Positions 8,966-19,064 of a stretch of 64,000 nucleotides of DNA are shown here, in pieces (the stretch's first letter is position 1; the number at the start of each line of letters is the position of its first letter). Made by a program: the position numbers and the translations under genes. Where the stretch lies: the NCBI GenBank assembly GCA_038063415.1, contig JBBTVD010000006.1, positions 73,948-137,947 on the forward strand, in the 5' to 3' direction. Under the pieces are notes generated by a model. The model had not been told where the DNA came from. It worked only from the letters and a program-made list of their open reading frames with translations, and ran no database searches. Origin of the DNA: Patescibacteria group bacterium. Lineage in GTDB: Bacteria > Patescibacteriota > Microgenomatia > Levybacterales > UBA12049.

Positions 8966-9796
8966 TTACACTCTTGCACCTGTCAGATTGCCACTCTCGT
9001 AACGTTTCCGTCCAATATTGAGGAACGAAATAGCAAAAAACGTCCAGACGATTGCCACAATCCAAATCGTAAGCACTTTCTCCCAGCTTATTTCCTGTAC
9101 CGCTTCAATGGGAAGACCTCCCATAATAAGGGCTGGGAAGATAAAGATAAAAAAGAATCGTACTCCTCCTTGAAAGATTCCCGCAGGGTAAAGGCTTGGG
9201 CCAAAAACAATCTCAAAAGCAGCTTTTCCAAGCTCTCTGGCATCAGGGATAAAAAAACCAAGACACGATGTGATAAGGAGTAAATTAATCATAAATAAGG
9301 TTGCCGGGATAAGTAGACTAATAAGCACACCTATCTGGATTAGGTTAAGCTGAGCAAGGAGCACATACCCAATCAAAAAAAGAACCCCAAAAAGAATATC
9401 TCCAATAGCAGATATACGAGTAACCAGTGTCAAAATCCGTAAATAGAGATTTTTTGGCGTAAGTAATAAACTATCAAAAAATCCATTATGTAAAGCAACA
9501 GGGAGTTCGGCTGCCCCAGAAAAAAAAGAAAATGCGAGACCATAAGCAAGGGCAGTAAACGCCTGTAACCCAATCACTTCAGTACTCCCCCACCCATTGA
9601 TCTTACCAAATGCCTGAAAGAAAAATATCCAAATAAGAAGAAAGGAACAATTATTAATCATCATCCCAACAACCTGCATCGTAAATGATACTCGTAGCTC
9701 GGCTGCTGCAAGCATATTGTATCGAATGTATGTACCGACCATCCGAAACTCGCTTATCCATTCTTGCCCCAATGACTGTTTTGTTTCTCTTTTCAT
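8966..9796 (-). CDS. ABC-2 family transporter permease
   Basis: 276 aa with six hydrophobic helices and an ATG start preceded by a GGAGGA RBS. It lies in an operon with an ABC ATPase. Confidence 0.55.
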   Translation of the reverse strand: MKRETKQSLGQEWISEFRMVGTYIRYNMLAAAELRVSFTMQVVGMMINNCSFLLIWIFFFQAFGKINGWGSTEVIGLQAFTALAYGLAFSFFSGAAELPVALHNGFFDSLLLTPKNLYLRILTLVTRISAIGDILFGVLFLIGYVLLAQLNLIQIGVLISLLIPATLFMINLLLITSCLGFFIPDARELGKAAFEIVFGPSLYPAGIFQGGVRFFFIFIFPALIMGGLPIEAVQEISWEKVLTIWIVAIVWTFFAISFLNIGRKRYESGNLTGARV

Positions 9797-10588
9797 TTAT
9801 CCTCCATTCACAGACAACGATTTTTGCGCTTTATGAAAAACAAGAATAATCATCAAAAGAAAAAAGGATATCCAAAAAGCTTGTACGGTAAGAAGCGCCA
9901 CCCACTGCGAAGAAAAACTTGGATTAAACATTTGTGTTGCAAACATCGGTGCACCAAAGGGACTAACTGAAGCAAAAAACTGGACATTATCAGGGAGCAA
10001 AGCAATGGGGATATAAGCACCTCCCAAGATCATCACCGCTTTATCAACAATCCAAAAAAATGGTTCTGCATCATCTATCCAAAGAGCTGGTAGTGAAATA
10101 AGGATATAAAGACAAGCCGATACCAGTGTTCCTCCGAACATTAATAAAATTCCGCCAACAATCATTGATGTGTTCAATGAGACCTGTGGACCACCAGTCA
10201 ACAGAAGCAGTATCGGTACAGCAGTAAGTAAGCTAACCAGAAAAATTGGTAGTCCTTTACCAAGTTGCTCCCAAAACTTATAGAGTAAATACTGATATGG
10301 CTTATTCAAATGGACTTCAAGAATTCCTTGTTTGATCTCCGCACTAATGGTTCTAAAAATACCTCGAAACTGGGTAAATAACAAAATCTGATAGACTACG
10401 ATACTCCAGATAGCAACTGAGGCAGTAATGCCATTAACTGCCTCTCCTCTATACGAGAAAGCATAGCTATAGATCAGCAATAAGACAACTAAACGTGTCG
10501 GAACCAGTAGTGCCGTTGTCAGTAGCTGCTGTGGATAAACAAGCAATTCTCTTACCGCAACAAGAAAGATCCCTCCATATGCTCCCAT
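9797..10588 (-). CDS. ABC-2 family transporter permease
   Basis: 263 aa polytopic membrane protein located directly downstream of the ATPase gene (7-nt gap). Confidence 0.55.
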   Translation of the reverse strand: MGAYGGIFLVAVRELLVYPQQLLTTALLVPTRLVVLLLIYSYAFSYRGEAVNGITASVAIWSIVVYQILLFTQFRGIFRTISAEIKQGILEVHLNKPYQYLLYKFWEQLGKGLPIFLVSLLTAVPILLLLTGGPQVSLNTSMIVGGILLMFGGTLVSACLYILISLPALWIDDAEPFFWIVDKAVMILGGAYIPIALLPDNVQFFASVSPFGAPMFATQMFNPSFSSQWVALLTVQAFWISFFLLMIILVFHKAQKSLSVNGG

Positions 10589-10594
10589 AGATAG

Positions 10595-11590
10595 CTACAT
10601 CCCCTTCCCTTCATAAATTTCTCTTATTACTTCCTCAAGTGGAGGATCTTCGATAGTAATATCCGCAATACGTTTTCCTTGAATAACTTCTTTGAGGATC
10701 GTGTCAAGCGAAATTTGTGTTGTATCAACGGTAAATATTGCTTCTTTTTTATTATTTTTTTCACTGTGGACACCTTGCATCTTTAGATCAATTCCTTTCT
10801 CATTGCCATCGCCAAAAAGAATATGAATTACTTTTTTATTGAGGTACTCCTTTTTAAGCATGCTCGTATTCCCATCAAAGATTATCTTGCCATTATTAAC
10901 CACAATTGTCCGATCACAGACTGACTCAATATCCCCTGCATCGTGAGAAGTCAAAAAAATAGTGGTGTTAAAAGTCTTATTGATTTCATTCAAATTCTCA
11001 CGAAGGGTTCTTTTGGCGATCACATCTAGCCCAATTGTCGGCTCATCAAGAAAAATTATTGGAGGATTATGCAGGAGAGCTGCTGCAACTTCTGCACGCA
11101 TCCGCTGCCCCAGAGAAAGCTTGCGCACAGGTTGATCAATAATATCCTCAAGTTGGAAAAGAGAGATGATATGTTCTTTTTGCTTCTGATAGTTTTTTTC
11201 TTCGATGTTATAGACCTTGGCAAATAAATCAAACGAGTCACGAATGGGAAGGTTAAAAAGTAACTGTGACCGTTGACCAAATACTGTTCCAATGTTGTAT
11301 GCAAGTTCTTTACGATCATTTTGCGGATTAAGTCCAAGAACACTGACCTTGCCTGAAGTAGGGTATAAAATACCAGTAAGCATTTTAATTGTCGTTGACT
11401 TACCTGCACCATTTGGTCCGATAAAAGCAATTTTTTCTCCTGGTTCTACGATAAAAGAGATAGTATTTACTGCATTTACCGTTTTTTTTGCTGGGGCAAA
11501 AAGATTAGACCAGAATCCTTTTTTTGAATTTTTGATAGGGAAAGTAAATTGTTTGGTAAGTTGCTGGACAACAACAGCTTTATCATTCAT
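10595..11590 (-). CDS. ABC transporter ATP-binding protein
   Basis: Carries Walker A (GPNGAGKST), the ABC signature (LSLGQRMR) and Walker B ([12 protein letters not shown]). Confidence 0.85.
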   Translation of the reverse strand: MNDKAVVVQQLTKQFTFPIKNSKKGFWSNLFAPAKKTVNAVNTISFIVEPGEKIAFIGPNGAGKSTTIKMLTGILYPTSGKVSVLGLNPQNDRKELAYNIGTVFGQRSQLLFNLPIRDSFDLFAKVYNIEEKNYQKQKEHIISLFQLEDIIDQPVRKLSLGQRMRAEVAAALLHNPPIIFLDEPTIGLDVIAKRTLRENLNEINKTFNTTIFLTSHDAGDIESVCDRTIVVNNGKIIFDGNTSMLKKEYLNKKVIHILFGDGNEKGIDLKMQGVHSEKNNKKEAIFTVDTTQISLDTILKEVIQGKRIADITIEDPPLEEVIREIYEGKGM

Positions 11591-11690
11591 AATAGTTATT
11601 GTACCAGAAAAGGAGATAAATAAAGTTTAGTGTATAGTAAGTTTTCTTCTTGAATTTCGTACAGATAAGTAACTAAAATAAAGGGGAGCC

Positions 11691-13451
11691 ATGAGATGTA
11701 TATCAAAACAAACAGGGGGATATAAAGTTTATGCTGTAAGTGGTGTAAATACGATTTCGTTTGCGATTGATTTTGCTCATGCTGATACAAAAGGGCTCCT
11801 TGGTTTTGCTGTTGAGCGACTGGATTTACAAAATAATGAACGATATTTTGTCAAAGGTTTTAAAGTTTTTAAAGAGGTTGTCCAAAATCCTAATGAAAAT
11901 ACTGTCGTCAGTACATATGATCAACCTGTACAAAGTTTTGTTTGGGATGATTTTACGGCCAAACCAGACAATAAATATAGCTACTTCTTTTATCCGATAA
12001 AGGGTTCACCAAAAAAACTCGATAGATCTGCTCCACCCATTGAAATAACCGTACAAGCAGAACCTCTCTACAGCCAAACAGATGCTCATGATATTTTTTT
12101 TAACCGTGGCGTCGCGAGTAGTCAGGCCTATATTCGAAGATTCCACAACATTGCGCCTGATCAAGTGGCAGATTTTCAGAAGAAAAAAGAGATACTTTCC
12201 TGGTTAGCAAGGGATCTTGAAGACGCACTCATCGCATTTATTAACCAAGCACAAAAGGGAGATACCTTGCTTGCCTGCTTTTATGAATTCCGTTACAAAC
12301 CAGTCGCCGTTGCTTTTAAACAAGCAATCGATCGAGGAGTAACCGTCAACATACTTATTGATGCCAAAGAGAATAAAGAGAATTTTCCTCGGGATGACAA
12401 TCTCAAACTTATTAAAGAGGTAGGCATCCCTCAGAAATATATCAGCAAACGGACTGCCAATTCAGGAAAAATTCAACATAATAAATTTATCGTTTTTCTG
12501 AAAGGAAAAAGCAAAAAACCGACAGCTGTCTGGACTGGCTCGACAAATATCTCTATGGGAGGAATTTTTGGACAAACCAATGTCGGGCATTGGGTTCGAG
12601 ATACCAAAACAGCAAAACAATTTACCAAATACTGGGAACTATTGAGTACTGATCCTGGTGCATTATCTTCCGATACCCGAGAAGAAAAGATTAAAAAAAA
12701 CAAAGCATTTAAGAAAAAGGTTATTGCCCTCCAACAAGATATTTCTCCTGACGACTTATCAAACATTCCAGTAGGAGTAACACCAATCTTTAGTCCACGA
12801 ACCAATGTAACAATGCTGCATACCTATGCACACCTTCTTGATAGCGCGGATCATTATGCGGCAATTACGCTCGCTTTTGGGATAAATGATGCCTTTAAAA
12901 CGCTCCTTACTGACAACACCGCAAAAGATCAAATAACGTTTATGCTTTTGGAGAAGAAGGATAAACCTGTTCCAGGAAGTAAAAAGAAATTTACCTATCT
13001 GGGAGTACGTAACAATGTCTATCAGGCATGGGGTTCGTATATCAAAGATCCTCTGTATCAATGGACAAAAGAAGTAAATACACAACTACTTAAGCTCAAT
13101 AACCATGTCATGTATATACATTCAAAATTTCTTTTGGTTGATCCATTGGGAGAGACGCCGGTTATCGTTACCGGCTCTGCGAATTTTAGTAATGCCTCAA
13201 CGACTGACAACGACGAAAATATGCTTATAATCAAAGGCAATAAGCGGGTAGCAGATATTTATTTTACTGAGTTTAATCGTCTTTTCAATCATTATTATTT
13301 CCGTTCTATCTACGAAAGTCACAAAAAGAAGGACTATGCAAAAGACAGTAGTCTTTTTCTCTCACCAAATGATAGTTGGCTGAGTAAATACGAAAAAGGT
13401 AAACTGCGATACAAAAGAGTGATGATGTTCCGAAAAATTAAGCTGTCTTAG
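11691..13451 (+). CDS. Phospholipase D superfamily protein with two HKD motifs and an N-terminal ~180-aa beta-rich domain
   Basis: HKD motif 1 is HNKFIVFLKG...TGSTNIS and HKD motif 2 is HSKFLLVDP...TGSANFS. An AAAGGGGAG RBS precedes the ATG at 11691. Confidence 0.7.
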   Translation: MRCISKQTGGYKVYAVSGVNTISFAIDFAHADTKGLLGFAVERLDLQNNERYFVKGFKVFKEVVQNPNENTVVSTYDQPVQSFVWDDFTAKPDNKYSYFFYPIKGSPKKLDRSAPPIEITVQAEPLYSQTDAHDIFFNRGVASSQAYIRRFHNIAPDQVADFQKKKEILSWLARDLEDALIAFINQAQKGDTLLACFYEFRYKPVAVAFKQAIDRGVTVNILIDAKENKENFPRDDNLKLIKEVGIPQKYISKRTANSGKIQHNKFIVFLKGKSKKPTAVWTGSTNISMGGIFGQTNVGHWVRDTKTAKQFTKYWELLSTDPGALSSDTREEKIKKNKAFKKKVIALQQDISPDDLSNIPVGVTPIFSPRTNVTMLHTYAHLLDSADHYAAITLAFGINDAFKTLLTDNTAKDQITFMLLEKKDKPVPGSKKKFTYLGVRNNVYQAWGSYIKDPLYQWTKEVNTQLLKLNNHVMYIHSKFLLVDPLGETPVIVTGSANFSNASTTDNDENMLIIKGNKRVADIYFTEFNRLFNHYYFRSIYESHKKKDYAKDSSLFLSPNDSWLSKYEKGKLRYKRVMMFRKIKLS

Positions 13452-13818
13452 AGACGACCTCAGTTACTTTCTGAATGACCTCGTCAGGCGTAGTCCGCAC
13501 TTTGACGATATAATATGCAGGCTTTGCTTCAAGGATATCATGGAGTATTTGTCCAGTCGCATCCAGATTACTCAATACTATTACAGGAGTTGCTTTGCCC
13601 CACTCCGTTTGTCGAAGCCGCTTTAGAAGCTCCATTCCATCCATACCACCAGGCAGAAGAATATCCAAAAGTATCAAGTCTGGATGGACCTGTGAAGCTT
13701 GACTTAGACCTTCTTCTCCACTACTAGCAAGTGAGACATCATAGCCTGTATTCTTTAGCTTTTGTGAAAAAAGTGCTCGGATGGCATCGTCATCATCCAC
13801 AACTAATATACGTATCAT
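13438..13818 (-). CDS. Stand-alone response-regulator receiver (CheY-like REC) protein
   Basis: 126 aa with VVDDD, LILLDILLPGGMDG and VIVLS motifs and no output domain. Its 3' end overlaps the PLD gene 3' end by 14 bp in convergent orientation. Confidence 0.8.
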   Translation of the reverse strand: MIRILVVDDDDAIRALFSQKLKNTGYDVSLASSGEEGLSQASQVHPDLILLDILLPGGMDGMELLKRLRQTEWGKATPVIVLSNLDATGQILHDILEAKPAYYIVKVRTTPDEVIQKVTEVVSKTA

Positions 13819-13979
13819 ATAGGTATCCTATAAAACGCTCCATCAACTGAGAAGTACTGACGACTTCTTCATAAAGATGAAGGTATATCTTATCCTAACA
13901 TCTCTCTTCTCATCCCCGCAAGAGGTAGTAATGAGTTGCCATCTTTTGATACAGATGCTATCGTTATCCGAGAGTCCCT

Positions 13980-15608
13980 ATGAGAAAAAAATTCCTGGTC
14001 ACATTTGTTTTGTTAAGCATCATACTCCTTGGAGCATTTCTTCGTTTGCATGCAGTTTCTCCTTTTAAAATCTATCCTGATAGCTATCAAAGTCTCGTCG
14101 TGACACAAAATATCTTGACCTATCATAGTGTACTTGGCTATCTTGGCCCACAAGGGATGGTATATCCTGACTTCTTTAGTTGGACACGACCTGTCTATCC
14201 GCTCCTTATTATTTTGGGAATGTTCGTGAGTAACAACATGACACACGTTGCACAAACGATTGCCTTTCTTGCAGGACTTCTTGCTTTACCAGTAGCATTT
14301 CTGTTATGCAGCCTGATTGTTCCTCCGTCTAAAAATGACCTCCGTACGGTCATTTTTTGTGGCATTGCTGGAGCTTTTCTTTTGGCAGCCTCTTTTCATC
14401 ATACTATTTGGAGCGGATTTATCATGACAGATACCACCGGGATATTTTTTCTCTTTGTCTTTCTTGTTAGCTTCTTTTGGAATCTTCCTACACAGCATAG
14501 GTTACGAGACTTTTTGACTGGTATCTTTTTTGCTTTTGCGGTAATGACCCGTTATGAGTATGTAGTTCTCGTTCTCCCAGTAACAATTTTTCTGTTTCTC
14601 CAAAAAATACCTGTCTTTAGCAAACTTTTCTTTCTTTTCTTGGGTTTTACTGTCGTAGTAACGATTGTCATAGTAGCACTCTTCCCTGCTCAATCAATTG
14701 GAGCTATTCTCATTACACAATTGCAAGATTTTTTGCCATTTTTTCTCTTGAGCATCGTATTCCTTCCCATACTTATTAGTCTAACTCGACGCTTTCTAAA
14801 AAGGCTTACACAAGGATTATTTTATACCGTACTTCTTCTTTTTGCTGTCAGTTTTCTTAGCGAGGGTTTTCTTGGAATTCGGGCATTTATTTTACACGAT
14901 TTCCTCCTTATTTGCTTTTTTGTAGCGGGTAGTTTTCTTCTCCTTAAAAAGCAAACACCGCTTCTCTTTTTTGTGCTTCTTGCCGTTCTGACACTCGGAG
15001 CTACCTACTACCGAGTTAACCCGGCTATGGATCGCTACCTTACCCATGTCATCCCCTTCTTTCTTATCCCAGCCAGTTATGCTTTCAAAGAAATCTTCCT
15101 CACAAAAAAACCTTTCCTATGGGAAAAGTTAGTACGCATATTACTGATACTTCTCATACTCTTACAAATTTGCTTTACGTACCAAGGTCTTGGATATCTC
15201 CGTGACAATTCATGGTTTAAGATAGCGTATGAAGAAAAGGCGGCACATGATATAAAAAAATACGTACCCAAAAATACGTTGCTTATAACTTCACAACCAG
15301 AACCATACTTCACCGTATTACAGAGATCAACGCAAAGCATTACCAATACCTATCCTTATGTATTTCTCGACACGTTCCCAAAGAATCAGCAGATTATCAT
15401 TGTCGAAGATATGGGCATGCATGTCTACTTTCCCCAATTTAGCTCCTTCCTCAAAAAAAATATGCAAGACAAGAAGATTGCGGTATTGTGGATACATAAA
15501 AACTATCATTTTGGAGATAGTGTTTATAAAGAAAAATTTCCACTCATCATCTATCGTGCAACTATCGGAGAACTTCAGACAAAAACTGGACAAAAAAAAG
15601 ACAATTGA
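13980..15608 (+). CDS. GT-C fold membrane glycosyltransferase (GT39/ArnT/PMT-like)
   Basis: 542 aa with about 12 TM helices and a C-terminal soluble domain. It heads a cluster of glycosyltransferases. Confidence 0.45.
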   Translation: MRKKFLVTFVLLSIILLGAFLRLHAVSPFKIYPDSYQSLVVTQNILTYHSVLGYLGPQGMVYPDFFSWTRPVYPLLIILGMFVSNNMTHVAQTIAFLAGLLALPVAFLLCSLIVPPSKNDLRTVIFCGIAGAFLLAASFHHTIWSGFIMTDTTGIFFLFVFLVSFFWNLPTQHRLRDFLTGIFFAFAVMTRYEYVVLVLPVTIFLFLQKIPVFSKLFFLFLGFTVVVTIVIVALFPAQSIGAILITQLQDFLPFFLLSIVFLPILISLTRRFLKRLTQGLFYTVLLLFAVSFLSEGFLGIRAFILHDFLLICFFVAGSFLLLKKQTPLLFFVLLAVLTLGATYYRVNPAMDRYLTHVIPFFLIPASYAFKEIFLTKKPFLWEKLVRILLILLILLQICFTYQGLGYLRDNSWFKIAYEEKAAHDIKKYVPKNTLLITSQPEPYFTVLQRSTQSITNTYPYVFLDTFPKNQQIIIVEDMGMHVYFPQFSSFLKKNMQDKKIAVLWIHKNYHFGDSVYKEKFPLIIYRATIGELQTKTGQKKDN

Positions 15609-15840
15609 TCTATTACTATACATATTGCCATCTTGCATTAATCTCATTTTCTGATAAGCTTGTTTTTACTCCTAAATCCTCTATCGTCTACAAAGGCAGA
15701 TGGATGAAATACCACTTTTTTCATCTATCACGCATTATGAGATAGTTCGTTGTGAGAAAAACAAGAACTAAGTATTACAGACAATAAACAGACATTTAGT
15801 AGATTTCTAACACCGTTGTGTTGGGGAAATTTTTTGCAAA

Positions 15841-16887
15841 ATGAAACTTATTGTACAAATACCATGTCTAAATGAAGAAAAAACCTTGCCTTTGGTTGTC
15901 AATTCAATACCAAAGTATATCGATGGGATTGATGCTATTGAGATACTTATTATTGATGACGGCTCTACAGATAATACGTTATCTGTAGCAAAAAAACTTG
16001 GAGTGCAGCATGTCGTACGTCATACGAAAAACAAGGGGCTTGCGATTTCTTTTGCTGATGGGATTCATTATGCATTAGAAGTCGGAGCAGATATTATTGT
16101 CAATACTGATGCAGATAACCAATATCCACAAAAGGACATACCACGATTAATTCAACCAATCCTTAACAATCAAGCGGAGATTGTCATTGCCGATAGACAG
16201 ACAGCAAAAATACGTCATTTCTCACCACTAAAAAAGTTTTTACAAAAAGTAGGTTCTGGAATGGTACGGAAACTGTCTGGGACATCTGTTCCTGATGCGG
16301 TTTCAGGATTTCGAGCATATTCTCGTCAGGCAGCTCTTGAGCTCAATATTGTTACTGATTTTTCATACGTTATCGAAACCATTATCCAAGCCCAATACAA
16401 GCGAATAGCAATAGCAAGTATTCCTATTGAAACAAATCCACCAACCCGTAAATCTAGACTTTTTAAGAACATGTTCCAACATATTCGGCAGAGTACGGCA
16501 ACTATGATCAGAATTTATACGATGTATCGGACACTAACAGTTTTTATGATTGTTGGTTTTTCCATATGCGCTATCGGTTCATTGTTTGCTTTACGATTTC
16601 TTTACTTCTTCGTACTTGGGGAAGGAGCAGGCCATATTCAGTCACTCATCTTTTCTGCCATCTTAATCACCGTTGGGTTTCAAGTAATGATGACCGGACT
16701 TATCGGAGATATTATTGGCATCAATAGAAAGCTGCTTGAGAATATGTTACGTCGGGTGAAAAATATTGAGCTTTTGCACTATAAAAAACCACGAGTACGA
16801 GCACAAAGAAAAAATAATGGTAATGGCACTAAATTGCCGAGTTACCGAGATTCAAAATTGCAAAGACACTACACGATGCAACTCTAG
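15841..16887 (+). CDS. GT2 glycosyltransferase, dolichyl-/polyprenyl-phosphate sugar synthase-like (DPM1-like) with C-terminal TM helices
   Basis: Motifs ILIIDDGSTDNT and TDADNQYP (DxD), with two C-terminal TM segments. Confidence 0.75.
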   Translation: MKLIVQIPCLNEEKTLPLVVNSIPKYIDGIDAIEILIIDDGSTDNTLSVAKKLGVQHVVRHTKNKGLAISFADGIHYALEVGADIIVNTDADNQYPQKDIPRLIQPILNNQAEIVIADRQTAKIRHFSPLKKFLQKVGSGMVRKLSGTSVPDAVSGFRAYSRQAALELNIVTDFSYVIETIIQAQYKRIAIASIPIETNPPTRKSRLFKNMFQHIRQSTATMIRIYTMYRTLTVFMIVGFSICAIGSLFALRFLYFFVLGEGAGHIQSLIFSAILITVGFQVMMTGLIGDIIGINRKLLENMLRRVKNIELLHYKKPRVRAQRKNNGNGTKLPSYRDSKLQRHYTMQL

Positions 16888-16890
16888 TTT

Positions 16891-17949
16891 ATGAAAAATG
16901 ACATTCGTTTGCTCTATATTACAAGAAAATATCCACCTATGGTTGGGGGGATGGAGAGCATGAGCGCAGCTCTTGCAAAAGAATTTACTAAACAAGTGCC
17001 AACAACAGTAATCTCATGGGGGAAATCTCAAAAATATCTTCCTTATTTTATTTTTGTTGCCTTTATACGATCATGTATTATTATCCCAACGCAAAAAATT
17101 ACCCATATTCATATTGGTGATGGCTTACTTGCACCACTTGGATTACTTCTTAAATATTTTTTTAGTACTAAAGCATCAATTAGCATTGCCGGGTTAGATA
17201 TTACTTTTACTTTTCCAGGATATCAATTGATCATTCCCCGAGCGGTTGCAAAACTTGATCGTATTATCTGCATTAGTAACGCAACACTTGCTGAATGTCT
17301 TAAACGAGATATCCCACAAGAGAAATGTGTTGTTATCCCTTGCGGGATTTATGCAGATGACTGGAAGAAGCAGGCTTCTCGTGAGGACCTTACAAATATT
17401 ATTACACATGATGTCTCTAAGAAAAAAGTTATTGTTACTGTTGGACGTCTGGTAAAAAGAAAAGGGGTTTTATGGTTTCTTGAACAAGTTTTTCCACATC
17501 TACAAAGCAATGTTTTGTACCTCATTATAGGCGATGGGCCAGAGAGAAGAAATATTCAAGAATATATTGCCAAAATGCGTATACAAAAACGTGTATTTTT
17601 ACTCGGCAAAGTATCAGATGAAAATCTTAAAATTATCTACAACACAGCCGATGTATTTGTTATGCCAAATATCATCATTCCAGGGACAATAGAAGGTTTC
17701 GGGATAGTTGCTATTGAAGCATCTGCAGCGGGACTACCAGTCGTTGCTTCAAACTGTGAAGGTATCCAAGACGCTGTCATTCCTGGGAAAACAGGTGTGC
17801 TTGTTGATGCAATGGACAATAGAACCTTTGTCGAGACAATCAATCATCTGCCACAGTTTACAAAAGAGCACATACGACAAGAAACAAAAGCGCATTATTC
17901 CTGGAATGCTATTGGAAAAAACTACATAAGCAATTTTCAACAATTATAA
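16891..17949 (+). CDS. GT4 (group 1) glycosyltransferase
   Basis: EGFGIVAIEASAAGLPVVAS...GKTGVLV motif of retaining GT-B enzymes. Confidence 0.75.
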   Translation: MKNDIRLLYITRKYPPMVGGMESMSAALAKEFTKQVPTTVISWGKSQKYLPYFIFVAFIRSCIIIPTQKITHIHIGDGLLAPLGLLLKYFFSTKASISIAGLDITFTFPGYQLIIPRAVAKLDRIICISNATLAECLKRDIPQEKCVVIPCGIYADDWKKQASREDLTNIITHDVSKKKVIVTVGRLVKRKGVLWFLEQVFPHLQSNVLYLIIGDGPERRNIQEYIAKMRIQKRVFLLGKVSDENLKIIYNTADVFVMPNIIIPGTIEGFGIVAIEASAAGLPVVASNCEGIQDAVIPGKTGVLVDAMDNRTFVETINHLPQFTKEHIRQETKAHYSWNAIGKNYISNFQQL

Positions 17950-17954
17950 AAATT

Positions 17955-19064
17955 ATGTATACGAAAAATCTTACCGTTGGTGTTTTTACTCATGATTTCT
18001 TTCCCTTTATTGGAGGTCAAGGAAGACATATTTATCAAATGTATCAACAAAATCTATTACATAAAAAAACATCTATGGTTGTTTTTTCTCCTGCCAAAAA
18101 CTCATTACCAAATCATGTGCAACTCTTTCCGGAGACAGGAAGGAGTAAGCTTAAAAATATTGAATACTCATGGAAACTTAATAATATTTTTGAAAAATTG
18201 ATTGAGCAGTATAGGCTTGATTTAGTACACATTCATGGAGGACCGGGAGGGCTTTTCTTATTAAAAAAACTTTCAGTCCCTGTGGTATATACAACACATC
18301 ATACCTACTGGCAGCAATATAGCTATATTAGAACACAACGTTGGAAATACCTTTTATACGTTTTAGAAAAACAAAGCTATCGTTATGCTGACGAAATTAT
18401 TTGCGTCTCAACAGATACGCAACAAATACTCTCAAAATACTATCAAGTAGAAAAACCCTATCTGCATTATATCCCCAATGGTATTGAACAAAAAAATTCT
18501 ATTTTTGCAAATACCAACACGTATAAAAAAGCAAAAGATATCCTCTACGTTGGAAGGATAGACAAAAGAAAAGGTGTTGATTTTTTACTCAAAAGCATGG
18601 TTTCTGTTAATAAAATTGATCCAGATATTAGACTACATATTGTTGGAACAGGAAAAGACAAAGATGAACTTGAATACTTTAGTGTTCATTACAACTTACC
18701 GGTAACTTTTTATAATCATGTCTCTGACCAGGATTTGCAAAAAATTTATACAAAAGTCTCCGCACAGATCGTCCCTTCAATATTCGAAGGATTTGGCATT
18801 AGCATTCTTGAAGGGATGGCAAATGGGGTGCCTATTATAGCAACCAATGTTGATGGAATACGAAGTATTGTAAAACATAATTATTCGGGCATACTGGTCC
18901 CCTACAATGATCATGATGCGCTTGCCGACGCAATTGTTTATTTACTGGCAAATAGCAGTATTCAAAAGCAACTACTCACTAACGCGTATCGCGAGTTACC
19001 AAAATATAACTGGCAAAAAAGTTATTTCCAGACGGTACAGCTTTATGAAAAAATTATCCACTAA
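17955..19064 (+). CDS. GT4 (group 1) glycosyltransferase
   Basis: EGFGISILEGMANGVPIIATNVDG...SGILV motif. Confidence 0.75.
   Translation: MYTKNLTVGVFTHDFFPFIGGQGRHIYQMYQQNLLHKKTSMVVFSPAKNSLPNHVQLFPETGRSKLKNIEYSWKLNNIFEKLIEQYRLDLVHIHGGPGGLFLLKKLSVPVVYTTHHTYWQQYSYIRTQRWKYLLYVLEKQSYRYADEIICVSTDTQQILSKYYQVEKPYLHYIPNGIEQKNSIFANTNTYKKAKDILYVGRIDKRKGVDFLLKSMVSVNKIDPDIRLHIVGTGKDKDELEYFSVHYNLPVTFYNHVSDQDLQKIYTKVSAQIVPSIFEGFGISILEGMANGVPIIATNVDGIRSIVKHNYSGILVPYNDHDALADAIVYLLANSSIQKQLLTNAYRELPKYNWQKSYFQTVQLYEKIIH

Noticed and set aside
8942-9283. 113-aa plus-strand ORF
   Set aside because: It lies entirely antisense within the ABC-2 permease gene and has no coding-like features.
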